DNA from: a virus
Lineage: Duplodnaviria > Caudoviricetes
Length of the DNA stretch: 64,000 nucleotides
IMG/VR virus record: IMGVR_UViG_3300032007_000036
Span: 1 to 64,000 of that record
Direction: 5' to 3' (one strand)
Part shown: in pieces, positions 53,920 through 62,958 of the stretch
Layout: every line of letters starts with the position of its first letter
How positions within the stretch are numbered: position 1 is the stretch's first letter
Notes under the pieces: model-generated
The model's database searches: none
What the model was told of the DNA's origin: nothing
The model's input: only the letters and a program-made list of their open reading frames with translations
Translations under genes and position numbers: made by a program

Positions 53920-56180
53920 TTCGCCCCAGCTATTGTGAACAACTGAGAATGCTGACCGAACGTAACGATTGCCTGATCCTTAGATGTCCTGCGCTTGGTG
54001 AGCAGAAGTTTTAGCGTTTCACCTGTCGCTACAAACTCAGTAAGATCCTTGAAGTAGAAGTGTCTGATCGTTGTACGAGACACAACCTCGTTAGGAACCG
54101 TGAACATCAGAGGACCGCCAATACGAAACACGCCGATAACCATCGTTGTCCCGATAGGAACACGTGACAGTTTACCGTTGCCCTTGATTCGGTCAATGTT
54201 GACTACGCTAGGCACCTTAGTGTTGCAGTGAATAACAAACACCTCTTCATCAGTAACAGGAGAGACATGGATAATGTCCTTGATCGAAGGTGTGGACACA
54301 TTGATCGTCTGCCGAACAGCTCTCTTGTCGACATCGATAAGTTTCCTACCTTCTATCCTGTGGATGACAGTGCACTTCTCCCCAACAGGGAGAACTGGCA
54401 TCTGGATGAGACCAGGTTGTCCAGGTTTAGGGCCGAAGGAGCAGCCATCCTTGATATTCACGGCAAGATGCTTCACAGCCCTGCCGATCCTACCGACATA
54501 GGAGGCTTTCATGTACTTCGGAACATCGATGGAAGGATCGAACTCAGGATCATCTGTCCCTATAACCTCTATCTTTCCACCTTCCTGGAACAGAGTGAAC
54601 TCCAGATCCTCAGACGGGAACCGCTTGAGTATCTCGTTAGCTTCCTTGACAGATTCCAGCATGATCCAGCCAGTCTTCTTGTAGCACGCTGTGCCGATGT
54701 AATCGGGCATAGTGCACTTGGCAGGATACTTGTCGGAATACTTCTTGTCGAAGTAGTCAATGTCAGCTATCATCTCTTCAGGGACGTGCTTGAAGCGTTC
54801 CTGGAGAGCACGATTCTCTTCCTTGACATCCTCGATCTCCTTGAGGAGTTCGGCTTTTCCCTTGGCGGTTAGACGCTTGAGAGGAAGTGACTGAAGATAC
54901 CTGGCCTGGAATGCCGTTAGATGGAACGATTTGAATCTCTCCATCAAGACTTTCACAGTAGACTCTTCATCCTTAGCATTACGGAAGATGTCGCATACTT
55001 CCTTAGCATGATCGACAACAATGACGAGAGCCATGAGTCGATGGTGCTGTTGCTTCAGGCTGATGAGTTTCTGCTTGAGTCCACCAAGTACCACGTTGAA
55101 CCTGGCATCGCTCCACTTATCCAGTAGAGATAGAGGATTCTCCCTACCAAGACCAGTCTCGTTGTCGTAATACAACATCGAGGGTCTCCAGGAGGAAGTG
55201 AACTGAACCTCGTTCTTGAACCTTGTCAGGACATCGAACGGGTTCTCACCTCTACGGAGCTGACACACAAACTTGCCTTTGACACAGCCCTGCTCACGAC
55301 CAGTGAAGTCGGACATGTCGATAAAGTGTTCGTGGAACCAGCTTGTTTTCTCTCGGATAGTCTTGACACCAACATCAGTGGTTACCTTGCCGAAAGACCT
55401 GTCAGGTGGAAGAGTTGTTATCGTGATGGAGTCCTTATCAATCTCCATTATGCCGTCCAGTACGAACGGGCAATCCCACTCTCCTTTCCTGTACGATGCT
55501 ACTATCTGCCGAGAATTCCTCAGGTGACAGTACGTAGGAAAGTCAGGGATGAAGTACGGAGCCAAATTGTAAGCTTGCTTGTATAGCAAATCTTTGTGCT
55601 CGTACTTAAGCTCAATGAACTTCCTTGCAGCAATACAAAGGTTCTTGAGCGAGATTGCAGAAGTCTGCGTTTTGAACCCACACGCAATGCCCAACACAGG
55701 GAAACACAACGCGTGAGGAATGGTCGGTGCAAAGTTGGCAGGTTCAACACCTTTCTCAGATTCACAAGGAACAGTCCTAAGACAGGACGAGTCTGTGTGT
55801 CTGAAGAATATGTCTTCTGCCGACTCTGCATGTGCTACGTCGACATATCGAGCAGCAGCCGGATCGTCACCCACATAGGTGCCCAAGTTAGACTGGGATT
55901 CCACCAGCGGGATGATGTTAGAGAACGGCTGTGCAAGACTCGAGATAGCGGCAGCAATAGATGCATCACCATGCGGATGCATCTTCATGACCTCTCCTGC
56001 TACAGTTGCTTCCTTAGGAACATCGTCGTGTTTGTGCATGGTGAGCAAGATACGCCTGTGGATGGGTTTAAGTCCATCCACAGAATTCGGCATCTTGGTC
56101 ATCACCGTATACTCAGAGAACGACTTCATGTTCATGAGGACGCACTCAGAAGCGGTCATCTGCTCTTGGAATAGACTCAT
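53916..56180 (-). CDS. Type IIA topoisomerase subunit A (GyrA/ParC-like)
   Basis: DGLKPIHRRIL, HPHGDASI, active-site AAARY, GIACG and PDFPT motifs. Confidence 0.92.
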   Translation of the reverse strand: MSLFQEQMTASECVLMNMKSFSEYTVMTKMPNSVDGLKPIHRRILLTMHKHDDVPKEATVAGEVMKMHPHGDASIAAAISSLAQPFSNIIPLVESQSNLGTYVGDDPAAARYVDVAHAESAEDIFFRHTDSSCLRTVPCESEKGVEPANFAPTIPHALCFPVLGIACGFKTQTSAISLKNLCIAARKFIELKYEHKDLLYKQAYNLAPYFIPDFPTYCHLRNSRQIVASYRKGEWDCPFVLDGIMEIDKDSITITTLPPDRSFGKVTTDVGVKTIREKTSWFHEHFIDMSDFTGREQGCVKGKFVCQLRRGENPFDVLTRFKNEVQFTSSWRPSMLYYDNETGLGRENPLSLLDKWSDARFNVVLGGLKQKLISLKQQHHRLMALVIVVDHAKEVCDIFRNAKDEESTVKVLMERFKSFHLTAFQARYLQSLPLKRLTAKGKAELLKEIEDVKEENRALQERFKHVPEEMIADIDYFDKKYSDKYPAKCTMPDYIGTACYKKTGWIMLESVKEANEILKRFPSEDLEFTLFQEGGKIEVIGTDDPEFDPSIDVPKYMKASYVGRIGRAVKHLAVNIKDGCSFGPKPGQPGLIQMPVLPVGEKCTVIHRIEGRKLIDVDKRAVRQTINVSTPSIKDIIHVSPVTDEEVFVIHCNTKVPSVVNIDRIKGNGKLSRVPIGTTMVIGVFRIGGPLMFTVPNEVVSRTTIRHFYFKDLTEFVATGETLKLLLTKRRTSKDQAIVTFGQHSQLFTIAGAK

Positions 56181-56192
56181 TGAGTTAGATCC

Positions 56193-56387
56193 TTAATTGC
56201 ATTTCCCTACAAGGATGAGACGCACTTCATGTTCAGGGACTTCACCAGCAACTTCCTTGATGCAATCATCAATGTTGTAGCCGTTCCATTTCTCAACAAC
56301 TCGTCTGTAAGCATCCTCAGGGACAGACAGGTTGTGCACCTTATTGCATACGGCGCAGAACACCTGTCTCTCTATCATAGTCGCCAT
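56193..56387 (-). CDS. Small CxxC protein
   Basis: AAAGGAG RBS; CAVC motif. Confidence 0.6.
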   Translation of the reverse strand: MATMIERQVFCAVCNKVHNLSVPEDAYRRVVEKWNGYNIDDCIKEVAGEVPEHEVRLILVGKCN

Positions 56388-56534
56388 TTTCGAACTCCTT
56401 TTTAAGAGTTTGTATTCCTTATAAAAGTTAATCGGTACGTTGTTTAGAGTGTATCAAATTGTCAAGAATTGTTACAAAATACCTTCCTGAGGTCTGCATT
56501 GAGCAGGCTTCTCAGAATGTCACTAGCGAGACTC

Positions 56535-56948
56535 CTAGCTATTAGGAAGGCTGCTATTGCCTTCTTTTAGCTCTTGTCTCAACTTCTCTTTCCTCTCTTC
56601 TTCAGAAAGATAAGCGTCGTGTTTCCTACGGAGTTCTTTCTTAAGAGCTCTGTAGATATCCATGCAACTATCCACCACCCAAAGAGGAACAGACGGAACA
56701 AGTCGACTGTAGTCGATGTTAACAGTCTGCCTCATGCGTTTGACGTTGGAGATTTTTATCGTGACCTCGAATTCTTTGTTGATCTCCTCGGTTATGAAAT
56801 CTCCAGATAGATCCTCGAGGAACTTCTTGTATACAAGTCCCTCGTTACTTGTCCTTACGGAATCATTGTCATCGTACTCTAGATTGACGAAGGCTCCAAG
56901 CCTGTTACTCTGATTCGTACGACGCCCCATCACAAAATGAACAATCAT
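56535..56948 (-). CDS. Hypothetical protein
   Basis: Start MIVHF after GAGGA. Confidence 0.6.
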   Translation of the reverse strand: MIVHFVMGRRTNQSNRLGAFVNLEYDDNDSVRTSNEGLVYKKFLEDLSGDFITEEINKEFEVTIKISNVKRMRQTVNIDYSRLVPSVPLWVVDSCMDIYRALKKELRRKHDAYLSEEERKEKLRQELKEGNSSLPNS

Positions 56949-57280
56949 AACGTCCTCACTAATACGTCTGCTGCACACGCAATTGCAAATGGCACAAGCG
57001 CGTTCTTAAACGATAGTGAAGTGTTAGACATAAACACTAGGAACCTTCCAGGACCAAGACCTTTGTCATCGTAGAAGTAGATAGTCTCCGTACGCATCTT
57101 GGTTATCAGGAAATACAAAAAGAGAATTACGAACGCTATGAGTTTTCCGCACCACTGAAACATACCGTACGTTGCAGCGGAAATCATAAGCGTTGTGCAC
57201 AATGATCCCAACTCGATCATGAACTTCTCGAGATTAGGATGTCTATACGACTTGTACACCGGTTGTCTGAGTTGATCCAT
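56945..57280 (-). CDS. Small membrane protein
   Basis: Start MDQLR after GGAGG; two or three hydrophobic segments. Confidence 0.6.
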   Translation of the reverse strand: MDQLRQPVYKSYRHPNLEKFMIELGSLCTTLMISAATYGMFQWCGKLIAFVILFLYFLITKMRTETIYFYDDKGLGPGRFLVFMSNTSLSFKNALVPFAIACAADVLVRTL

Positions 57281-57304
57281 TAAGACCTCCAAAACATGAT
57301 GAAC

Positions 57305-57337
57305 CCTTGTCTGTAGGCAATGCACCTACAGACAAGG
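57305..57337. terminator. Hairpin (terminator or processing site)
   Basis: CCTTGTCTGTAGG/CCTACAGACAAGG stem. Confidence 0.55.
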
Positions 57338-57346
57338 ATCCGTTGA

Positions 57347-57775
57347 TCATCTGATATCAGCGGTCTCCTGCACACTGAACTTTTCGTCAGCTCCGTGAGA
57401 CGACTTAACCGTGACTTGCATGTCTGCAAGTGTCATTCCCAAGACGTTCAACGCCTCGAGAAACCTGTTGATCGTAATGTTCCCCTTTACCAACGTCCTC
57501 ATCAGGTTGGACCCGAATGTGTTTGCCTGGAGGGGAAGAGTACCTTGTGAAAGCGCATACTCATGGCACTTGGCACTGAAGAAGTCCTTCGATATCCTCT
57601 TAGACACGAATACACTTCTCAGAATGATGTCTAGGCAGTGCTGAGTCGAATGGACATCCTCCTCTGTAAACATTGGAGAACCTGCACTCATCTGAGCATC
57701 TTCAACCGTAGACACCTTCTGCTGACCATAGAGACGCTTACGAGTTTCTTTGTCGATGTCGGCTATAGAAAACAT
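57347..57775 (-). CDS. Conserved jumbo phage protein, possibly HTH-like
   Basis: SNLMRTL.KGNITINRFLEALNVLG resembles a phiKZ-like family (recall only). Confidence 0.55.
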   Translation of the reverse strand: MFSIADIDKETRKRLYGQQKVSTVEDAQMSAGSPMFTEEDVHSTQHCLDIILRSVFVSKRISKDFFSAKCHEYALSQGTLPLQANTFGSNLMRTLVKGNITINRFLEALNVLGMTLADMQVTVKSSHGADEKFSVQETADIR

Positions 57776-57794
57776 CTTTAAACTCCAATTGTCT

Positions 57795-58538
57795 TTATTT
57801 GGTTGTTGTTGCGGTTTGTAACCACTCTACCTCGTTGAGCAGGAAACTCTGCAGAGGGCCGGACCCCTGCATTCTGCTAGCAATCACCAACGATGCGAAG
57901 CACCCTAGATAAGAGACCTCTCGCAGAATCTCATTAGTAGGATACCGCTGACCACATAGTCGGTCTATTTCACCAGCTATCCATGCTGCACAACTAAGTC
58001 TGTCTGATGTAAACTCATCTGCGATCCTGCTGTCTGGGACAGTGAGTTTGTGCTTGGAATACAGACGAAGACATGCGTGTTGTGTACACCCGTCGTAGCT
58101 TCTAATGTCCCTTGTGAAGAGCCATGTTGAAATCAACAGAATAGGCAGTTCTCCTCCATAAGACCAATCACACTTCTTACCGGTGCCTAGATCTGTAAGC
58201 AGTATCATGGTTGGAAACGGATTAACAACTGCCCTTCTGTTGAAGAGAAGCTTTTCGTTTATACGTCCTATCGCACCTCTAAGCATCTCAACCCTTTCAG
58301 GTATCTTGACACTTGCTGGTGGTGGATGTTCGTACTCGACAAGTTCATCAGTGCTTGGCAGGCGTCTAAGTAATAAATACCTCAACACCGCTCGAGCGTA
58401 GTCCTGGATGTCGTCATCTTGCTGTCTGGCATCATCAAGACTAAATATCTCAGTTACAGCCGAAACGAATGCCGATGAATCACGATGATACTTCGGCATT
58501 AAAGTGGGATCCTTGAGCCACTCTAACGTTTCGATCAT
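57795..58538 (-). CDS. Hypothetical protein
   Basis: 247 aa, GGAGG RBS, directly after the gyrB-like gene. Confidence 0.65.
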   Translation of the reverse strand: MIETLEWLKDPTLMPKYHRDSSAFVSAVTEIFSLDDARQQDDDIQDYARAVLRYLLLRRLPSTDELVEYEHPPPASVKIPERVEMLRGAIGRINEKLLFNRRAVVNPFPTMILLTDLGTGKKCDWSYGGELPILLISTWLFTRDIRSYDGCTQHACLRLYSKHKLTVPDSRIADEFTSDRLSCAAWIAGEIDRLCGQRYPTNEILREVSYLGCFASLVIASRMQGSGPLQSFLLNEVEWLQTATTTK

Positions 58539-58540
58539 TT

Positions 58541-61063
58541 CTATTCCTCCAAGAAACCGTTTTCAACGAGTCTCCCGTGAACACTTCGACTGTTAAGCTG
58601 CTTGCGGGCTTCGCTGTCCACACCAAGCATGTTGTAGATGACATTGACGTCACCCATACCACAGATTCTAGACACGCATCTTCCAGCGTCAATACAGGTT
58701 CCCTTGATTGCAGCTTCGTCCATTTCACCTAACCCTTTGAATCGGGTAATGGCAAAGTACTTGCTGTTGTCGGTATCTGTTATGTTCTTAAAGATGGCAT
58801 AAAGCATCATGATGGAACATGGTGCAAATGCATAGAGGTCTGTGTACCTGGTAGAGACATACAAGTTCCACGTTGTCCAATTGATGTCCTCGTACAACGG
58901 GATGATCTGATTTTTTATCGTCTCCTTAAGGTGAGCCAACGAAACCAAGCTGTCCAAACCCTGCTCAACAAGTATGAGTGTGCTAGAAGTCTTATCCCAC
59001 TGGACATCTTCGACTCCTGCCTTCGACATGATCGAGGCAATCATCTTGATGTTAGGACTCTTCTCGTCCAGATAATCTGCACAATGCATCAGCTGCTCAA
59101 GCAAGAACCTGTCGATATTCAACTGGTCTGCTATGAAGCCGACACGATCACCGATCTTCTCGACGATGGCACAGAACGACACATACTCCTCTTTACTGAG
59201 CAGTTTGGGTTTGTTATTGCCGATCTCAATGAACACATCGAGCAGAGTCCTGTAGATCTCAGTCTTCGCTTCGATGAGTGCTCCCTGATCACGAAGATAC
59301 AGAGGGCGCTTCTGTCCCTGCACACGCAGCGAATACAGAGGAGGATTGGCAATGTAAATTCTACCTTCCTCTAGGATCAGAGGATTGATCTCCTTGAAGA
59401 TTCCTATCAGGAGAGCGACGATGTGATAACCGTCAGCATCGGCATCTGCCAGGAGTATGATCTTGGAGAACCGCATGTTGCTCAGGTCTTTGTCTGTCGG
59501 TCTAACACCTATCAACTCCATCAGATCCTGATAGATAAGGTTCTTCAGAAGCTTCTTGGCATCTGCACGAACCGCATTGATCGGTTTACCGGACAACTTG
59601 AACAGTGCTTGGATACGTTCGTCGCGAACAGTCTTTACACGACCAGCAGCTGAATCGCCTTCTGTGATGAATAGTTCAATCTCACTGCTGTCCCTAGAGC
59701 GACACGGGAAGTACGAACCTGTACGGTTGAGCAGATACCCAATACCATTAAGGCTCTTGTTCATCTTGTACTGAGACTTACTGTACCTGGCGAACGCCAT
59801 CTCAAAGTTCTCAGTGATGAGTTCTACAAGTCTTTCCCAGACAGATTCAGGAATCTTGTTCAGGATCCTGCGCAAGAACACACGATAGAACTCACCGAAC
59901 TTGACATCAGTGAACTTGGATTTGTCCTGGCCATCGAACCCAGCACCTTTCCACGTCACTGACACACATCCACTTAGAGGAATCTGATACTTGGTTTCGA
60001 AGAACAGTTTCTTATCCTTGTCCAAGACATAGTCAGTCAGATACAACTTCAATGTGCTCTGCAGCATAGTGAAGTGTGTCGAGTTCAGATCGGAAATAGG
60101 AGTTGCGTTGACAGCACCGATGAGTCCACCTTCACCCTTGAGTGTCTTAGGATCGATGAACACATCAACATCGAATCCTAGACGATCGTCAGGATTGTTT
60201 ATATCGTGTTCTTTCTTAAGTTCTACTCCAGGTTCCCAAACGATTTCCTTGAGATCGAACTTGTTAATCACGTACTCTCTAGGAGACAGAGGGTTGAACA
60301 CAACATCCGACGAATACGTGAAGTTGGACGAATCAGTGAGATACCTCCACAAATCTTCAGGGGGCATCTTGAATGTAGACTGTTTGAGTAGTCCGTCCAC
60401 AACTCTAACATGAATCCTAATGTTCTTCTTGAAGAGCATGTAGAATTCAATCTGGTTGAGATTCTCGGAATACCCTTTAGCCTCTTCACCTAATTCATTC
60501 TTGCCAAAGAAGTCTTTTGTTGCGACTAGGATCGTAGGATCTGGCTGGAACAGAACAGTCGTACCAACTGTATCCTTATTACGATCAATCGTTTTCTTCA
60601 TCACCTGAGAATCTCTGACTTCACCTCTCTCAACCTTGAGAAACGCAAAGCCATCCATCCTCTTGGTAAATGCGTAGAACTGATCTGACAGAGCAGCAAC
60701 GACTTTAGATCCGATGCCGTTAGTTCCGATACTAGACGATTGATATCCGTGAGACTCCTCGTACTTGCCAGAAGTGAATTCCTTTGTGAAGCAGTCAAGA
60801 AGTTTCTCTTTCGGAATACCAAGACCAAAGTCCTGAACGAGAACCTGATATGTCGACTTGTCCTTAGCAACAAAGTACGTGACGAAGATGTCATACATCC
60901 TAGATTGGTCACGAGCCTCGTCGATAGAGTTGTCAACGATTTCTTTTATCTGAATCAGGTTACCGTCTACTGATGATGTCTTAAAGCCGTACATCGAACT
61001 CTTCTTGCGCATGTGCTGAAGAGCCGTGTAATGCTTAATTGACTCAGCATTATAATCCATCAT
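58541..61063 (-). CDS. Type IIA topoisomerase subunit B (GyrB/ParE-like)
   Basis: GHKL motifs EIVDNSIDE, DFGLGIP and GTNGIGSK; TOPRIM motifs ITEGDSA, LSGKPIN and DADADG; RFKGLGEM. Confidence 0.93.
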   Translation of the reverse strand: MMDYNAESIKHYTALQHMRKKSSMYGFKTSSVDGNLIQIKEIVDNSIDEARDQSRMYDIFVTYFVAKDKSTYQVLVQDFGLGIPKEKLLDCFTKEFTSGKYEESHGYQSSSIGTNGIGSKVVAALSDQFYAFTKRMDGFAFLKVERGEVRDSQVMKKTIDRNKDTVGTTVLFQPDPTILVATKDFFGKNELGEEAKGYSENLNQIEFYMLFKKNIRIHVRVVDGLLKQSTFKMPPEDLWRYLTDSSNFTYSSDVVFNPLSPREYVINKFDLKEIVWEPGVELKKEHDINNPDDRLGFDVDVFIDPKTLKGEGGLIGAVNATPISDLNSTHFTMLQSTLKLYLTDYVLDKDKKLFFETKYQIPLSGCVSVTWKGAGFDGQDKSKFTDVKFGEFYRVFLRRILNKIPESVWERLVELITENFEMAFARYSKSQYKMNKSLNGIGYLLNRTGSYFPCRSRDSSEIELFITEGDSAAGRVKTVRDERIQALFKLSGKPINAVRADAKKLLKNLIYQDLMELIGVRPTDKDLSNMRFSKIILLADADADGYHIVALLIGIFKEINPLILEEGRIYIANPPLYSLRVQGQKRPLYLRDQGALIEAKTEIYRTLLDVFIEIGNNKPKLLSKEEYVSFCAIVEKIGDRVGFIADQLNIDRFLLEQLMHCADYLDEKSPNIKMIASIMSKAGVEDVQWDKTSSTLILVEQGLDSLVSLAHLKETIKNQIIPLYEDINWTTWNLYVSTRYTDLYAFAPCSIMMLYAIFKNITDTDNSKYFAITRFKGLGEMDEAAIKGTCIDAGRCVSRICGMGDVNVIYNMLGVDSEARKQLNSRSVHGRLVENGFLEE

Positions 61064-61101
61064 GTTGCTCCTTCTTTACAACGTTAAACCTAGCCAGATG
61101 T

Positions 61102-61109
61102 GTAATATA
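61102..61109 (-). promoter_or_regulatory. Early-type promoter (TATATTAC)
   Basis: Exact motif upstream of the gyrB-like gene. Confidence 0.7.
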
Positions 61110-61221
61110 TTTCCATATCAAACATGAGACAAGAGTCCAACTTTTAGAGCGTTTCTCTGAGAAAAAGACAGAGTCATAAACTGATAGTGAAAGTTAAAAA
61201 ATAACAAAAAGAAAACCACCC

Positions 61222-61248
61222 TGCAGCCGGGATTTCTCCCGAGCTGCA
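61222..61248 (-). terminator. Intrinsic terminator
   Basis: TGCAGC-CGGGA/TCCCG-A-GCTGCA hairpin plus U-tract after the lysozyme gene. Confidence 0.7.
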
Positions 61249-61260
61249 AGGCGGAATTTC

Positions 61261-61839
61261 TCAGGCGCACCAATACGACACTTCGGTCGCACGACGCTTT
61301 ACCAATCCCTTCAACGGAACAGGAATCTTCTTCCCATTCGCATCCAGGACGAACTGGCCGTTCTTGTCTTTCTTGTACAATCCGCCGTACACCCAGCGAT
61401 TGAATTCCTTGGTGATCACATCGTCCTTGGAACCGTCGTTGATGCGTTTGAGCAGAGTAGAAGACTGGAACTTCGGAAGACCAAAGTTGTAGACGAAGCT
61501 TATCAGAGCGACCTGCTGACCAACAGTCAGCTCACGCTTGACAAGTCCCTTCACCTGCTTTTGGATCTTCCTGACCTCACGGCCAAGTATGCGGTCTGCT
61601 GTCTTACGATCCATCTTCGTAAGCTTCTGTTCAGCTTCCGTCAAGACGCATTTTGTAAATCCATATCCGATGGTTTTTACACCAGCGGAACAGGAATACC
61701 AGTTCGAGCGAAATCCCTCGAACTGAGCAATCTTAGCGATAGCCTTCACTTCAGCCTGCTGATCAGCCGTAAGCGCGGCATTTGTGTCGCATCCCATCAT
61801 GAAACCTCCGATGAGTAAGAGTGCAATAACTTTCTTCAT
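61261..61839 (-). CDS. GH24 phage lysozyme with a lipoprotein-type signal
   Basis: EGFRSNWYSCSAGVKTIGYG (E-x8-C-x5-T), ALISFVYNFG, STLLKRIN and GLVKRR motifs; N-terminal MKKVIALLLIGGFMMGC. Confidence 0.9.
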   Translation of the reverse strand: MKKVIALLLIGGFMMGCDTNAALTADQQAEVKAIAKIAQFEGFRSNWYSCSAGVKTIGYGFTKCVLTEAEQKLTKMDRKTADRILGREVRKIQKQVKGLVKRELTVGQQVALISFVYNFGLPKFQSSTLLKRINDGSKDDVITKEFNRWVYGGLYKKDKNGQFVLDANGKKIPVPLKGLVKRRATEVSYWCA

Positions 61840-61884
61840 AGCATTTATCCTTTCTTTGCTTTAGTTGTTGGTTATGGCTAGTTA

Positions 61885-61899
61885 GTGATAAATGCTTGA
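61885..61899 (-). promoter_or_regulatory. Early-type promoter variant (TCAAGCATTTATCAC)
   Basis: One base different from the 15-mer upstream of the permuted tRNA. Confidence 0.6.
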
Positions 61900-61921
61900 A
61901 TTAAGTCGATATACACAAAAT

Positions 61922-62275
61922 AAAAGAAATGTTCTCCAACCCCCAGGGCGCGGACCCTAGGAGTTGGAGTTTGATCTGAGTAACGCATCATGATCAAAAG
62001 GAAGGAGGTGGAGATGTCTTTCTTCCACAGATCTGTTGAACACCAAGAAGGGTTAGTTTGTAGACATCACACTTCACAAGCGTAGAAACAGATCGGCAGA
62101 TCAGCCGAACATATCCACCAGTGTCCAGCAAAAGCTTGTTCCGGCGGCTTAGGAGGGACACGAAATCGAAGTGTCCTGTCGCTAATTCAAGTGAGGTCCA
62201 TCTAGGAACCGAAGCACCTGATGGTCTGGCACACAAGAACTTACCAGGCCATATATTTCGATTGACAAAGCTACA
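61922..62275 (-). ncRNA. Candidate structured RNA of about 350 nt
   Basis: Bounded by TTTATTAC (62279-62286) and a terminator (61934-61969); has at least five stems and no credible ORF. Confidence 0.5.
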
Positions 62276-62380
62276 AGTGTAATAAACTGGAGCTTAAAAG
62301 CCTGCGCGACAGGACATAATATGTTAAATTGGGTAGTTTTTAATTACACCCGATCTAACAGAAAGGAAAGGTTATACCCT

Positions 62381-62896
62381 ATGGCTGACGAGAAACCTAA
62401 ATCCCAACTTGATGCAGCTCTGGAATCGTTCGAAGCGGAAGTGTCGGAGTGCAAAGCTATCCGCAAAGAGCTGGTCACTCAGCTTCGTGAAGACGCCAAG
62501 AGAATGAGAATTTCTCCGGAAGACAAAGCGATGATGGTTCAGTCTAAACTGGCCATCGTCAATACTCTTGGCTCTATGCTCAAGGACATTGAAGACTCTT
62601 CTCTCAAGGCTGTCAAGCTTCGTCTTGCTCGTAAGGAGCAGGAAAACAATGGAGAGTACTCCAAGGCTATTGTCGAGATGCTCAAGATGATCCGTGCCGA
62701 TGGCAAGGACACCAACAACGCAGACAAACCGATGCAGAGCGAGGAAGATGTTCAGAAGAGTATCGAAAATCGTGGCAAGGATCTCAAGATCGAGATCACT
62801 CCAGGTGAGATCGAAGAATGCGCAGGTGCTCCAGGAGCACCACCTCCTCCAGAAGAGAAACCACAAGAAGAAAAGAAGTCTGAAGAGACGAAATGA
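62381..62896 (+). CDS. Hypothetical alpha-helical protein
   Basis: Start MADEK after AAAGG; ATAATATG motif upstream. Confidence 0.7.
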   Translation: MADEKPKSQLDAALESFEAEVSECKAIRKELVTQLREDAKRMRISPEDKAMMVQSKLAIVNTLGSMLKDIEDSSLKAVKLRLARKEQENNGEYSKAIVEMLKMIRADGKDTNNADKPMQSEEDVQKSIENRGKDLKIEITPGEIEECAGAPGAPPPPEEKPQEEKKSEETK

Positions 62897-62902
62897 GACA
62901 TC

Positions 62903-62937
62903 CCTAGAGCGGCGCACACAAGTTGCGCCGCTCTAGG
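62903..62937. terminator. Bidirectional terminator
   Basis: CCTAGAGCGGCGCA/TGCGCCGCTCTAGG stem. Confidence 0.8.
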
Positions 62938-62958
62938 TAGTTTCTCGCTTTTTTCGCA

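Noticed and set aside
56400-56520. TTGACA on the - strand plus a hairpin as a host sigma70 promoter or riboswitch
   Set aside because: No -10 box at a suitable spacing and no recognisable aptamer.
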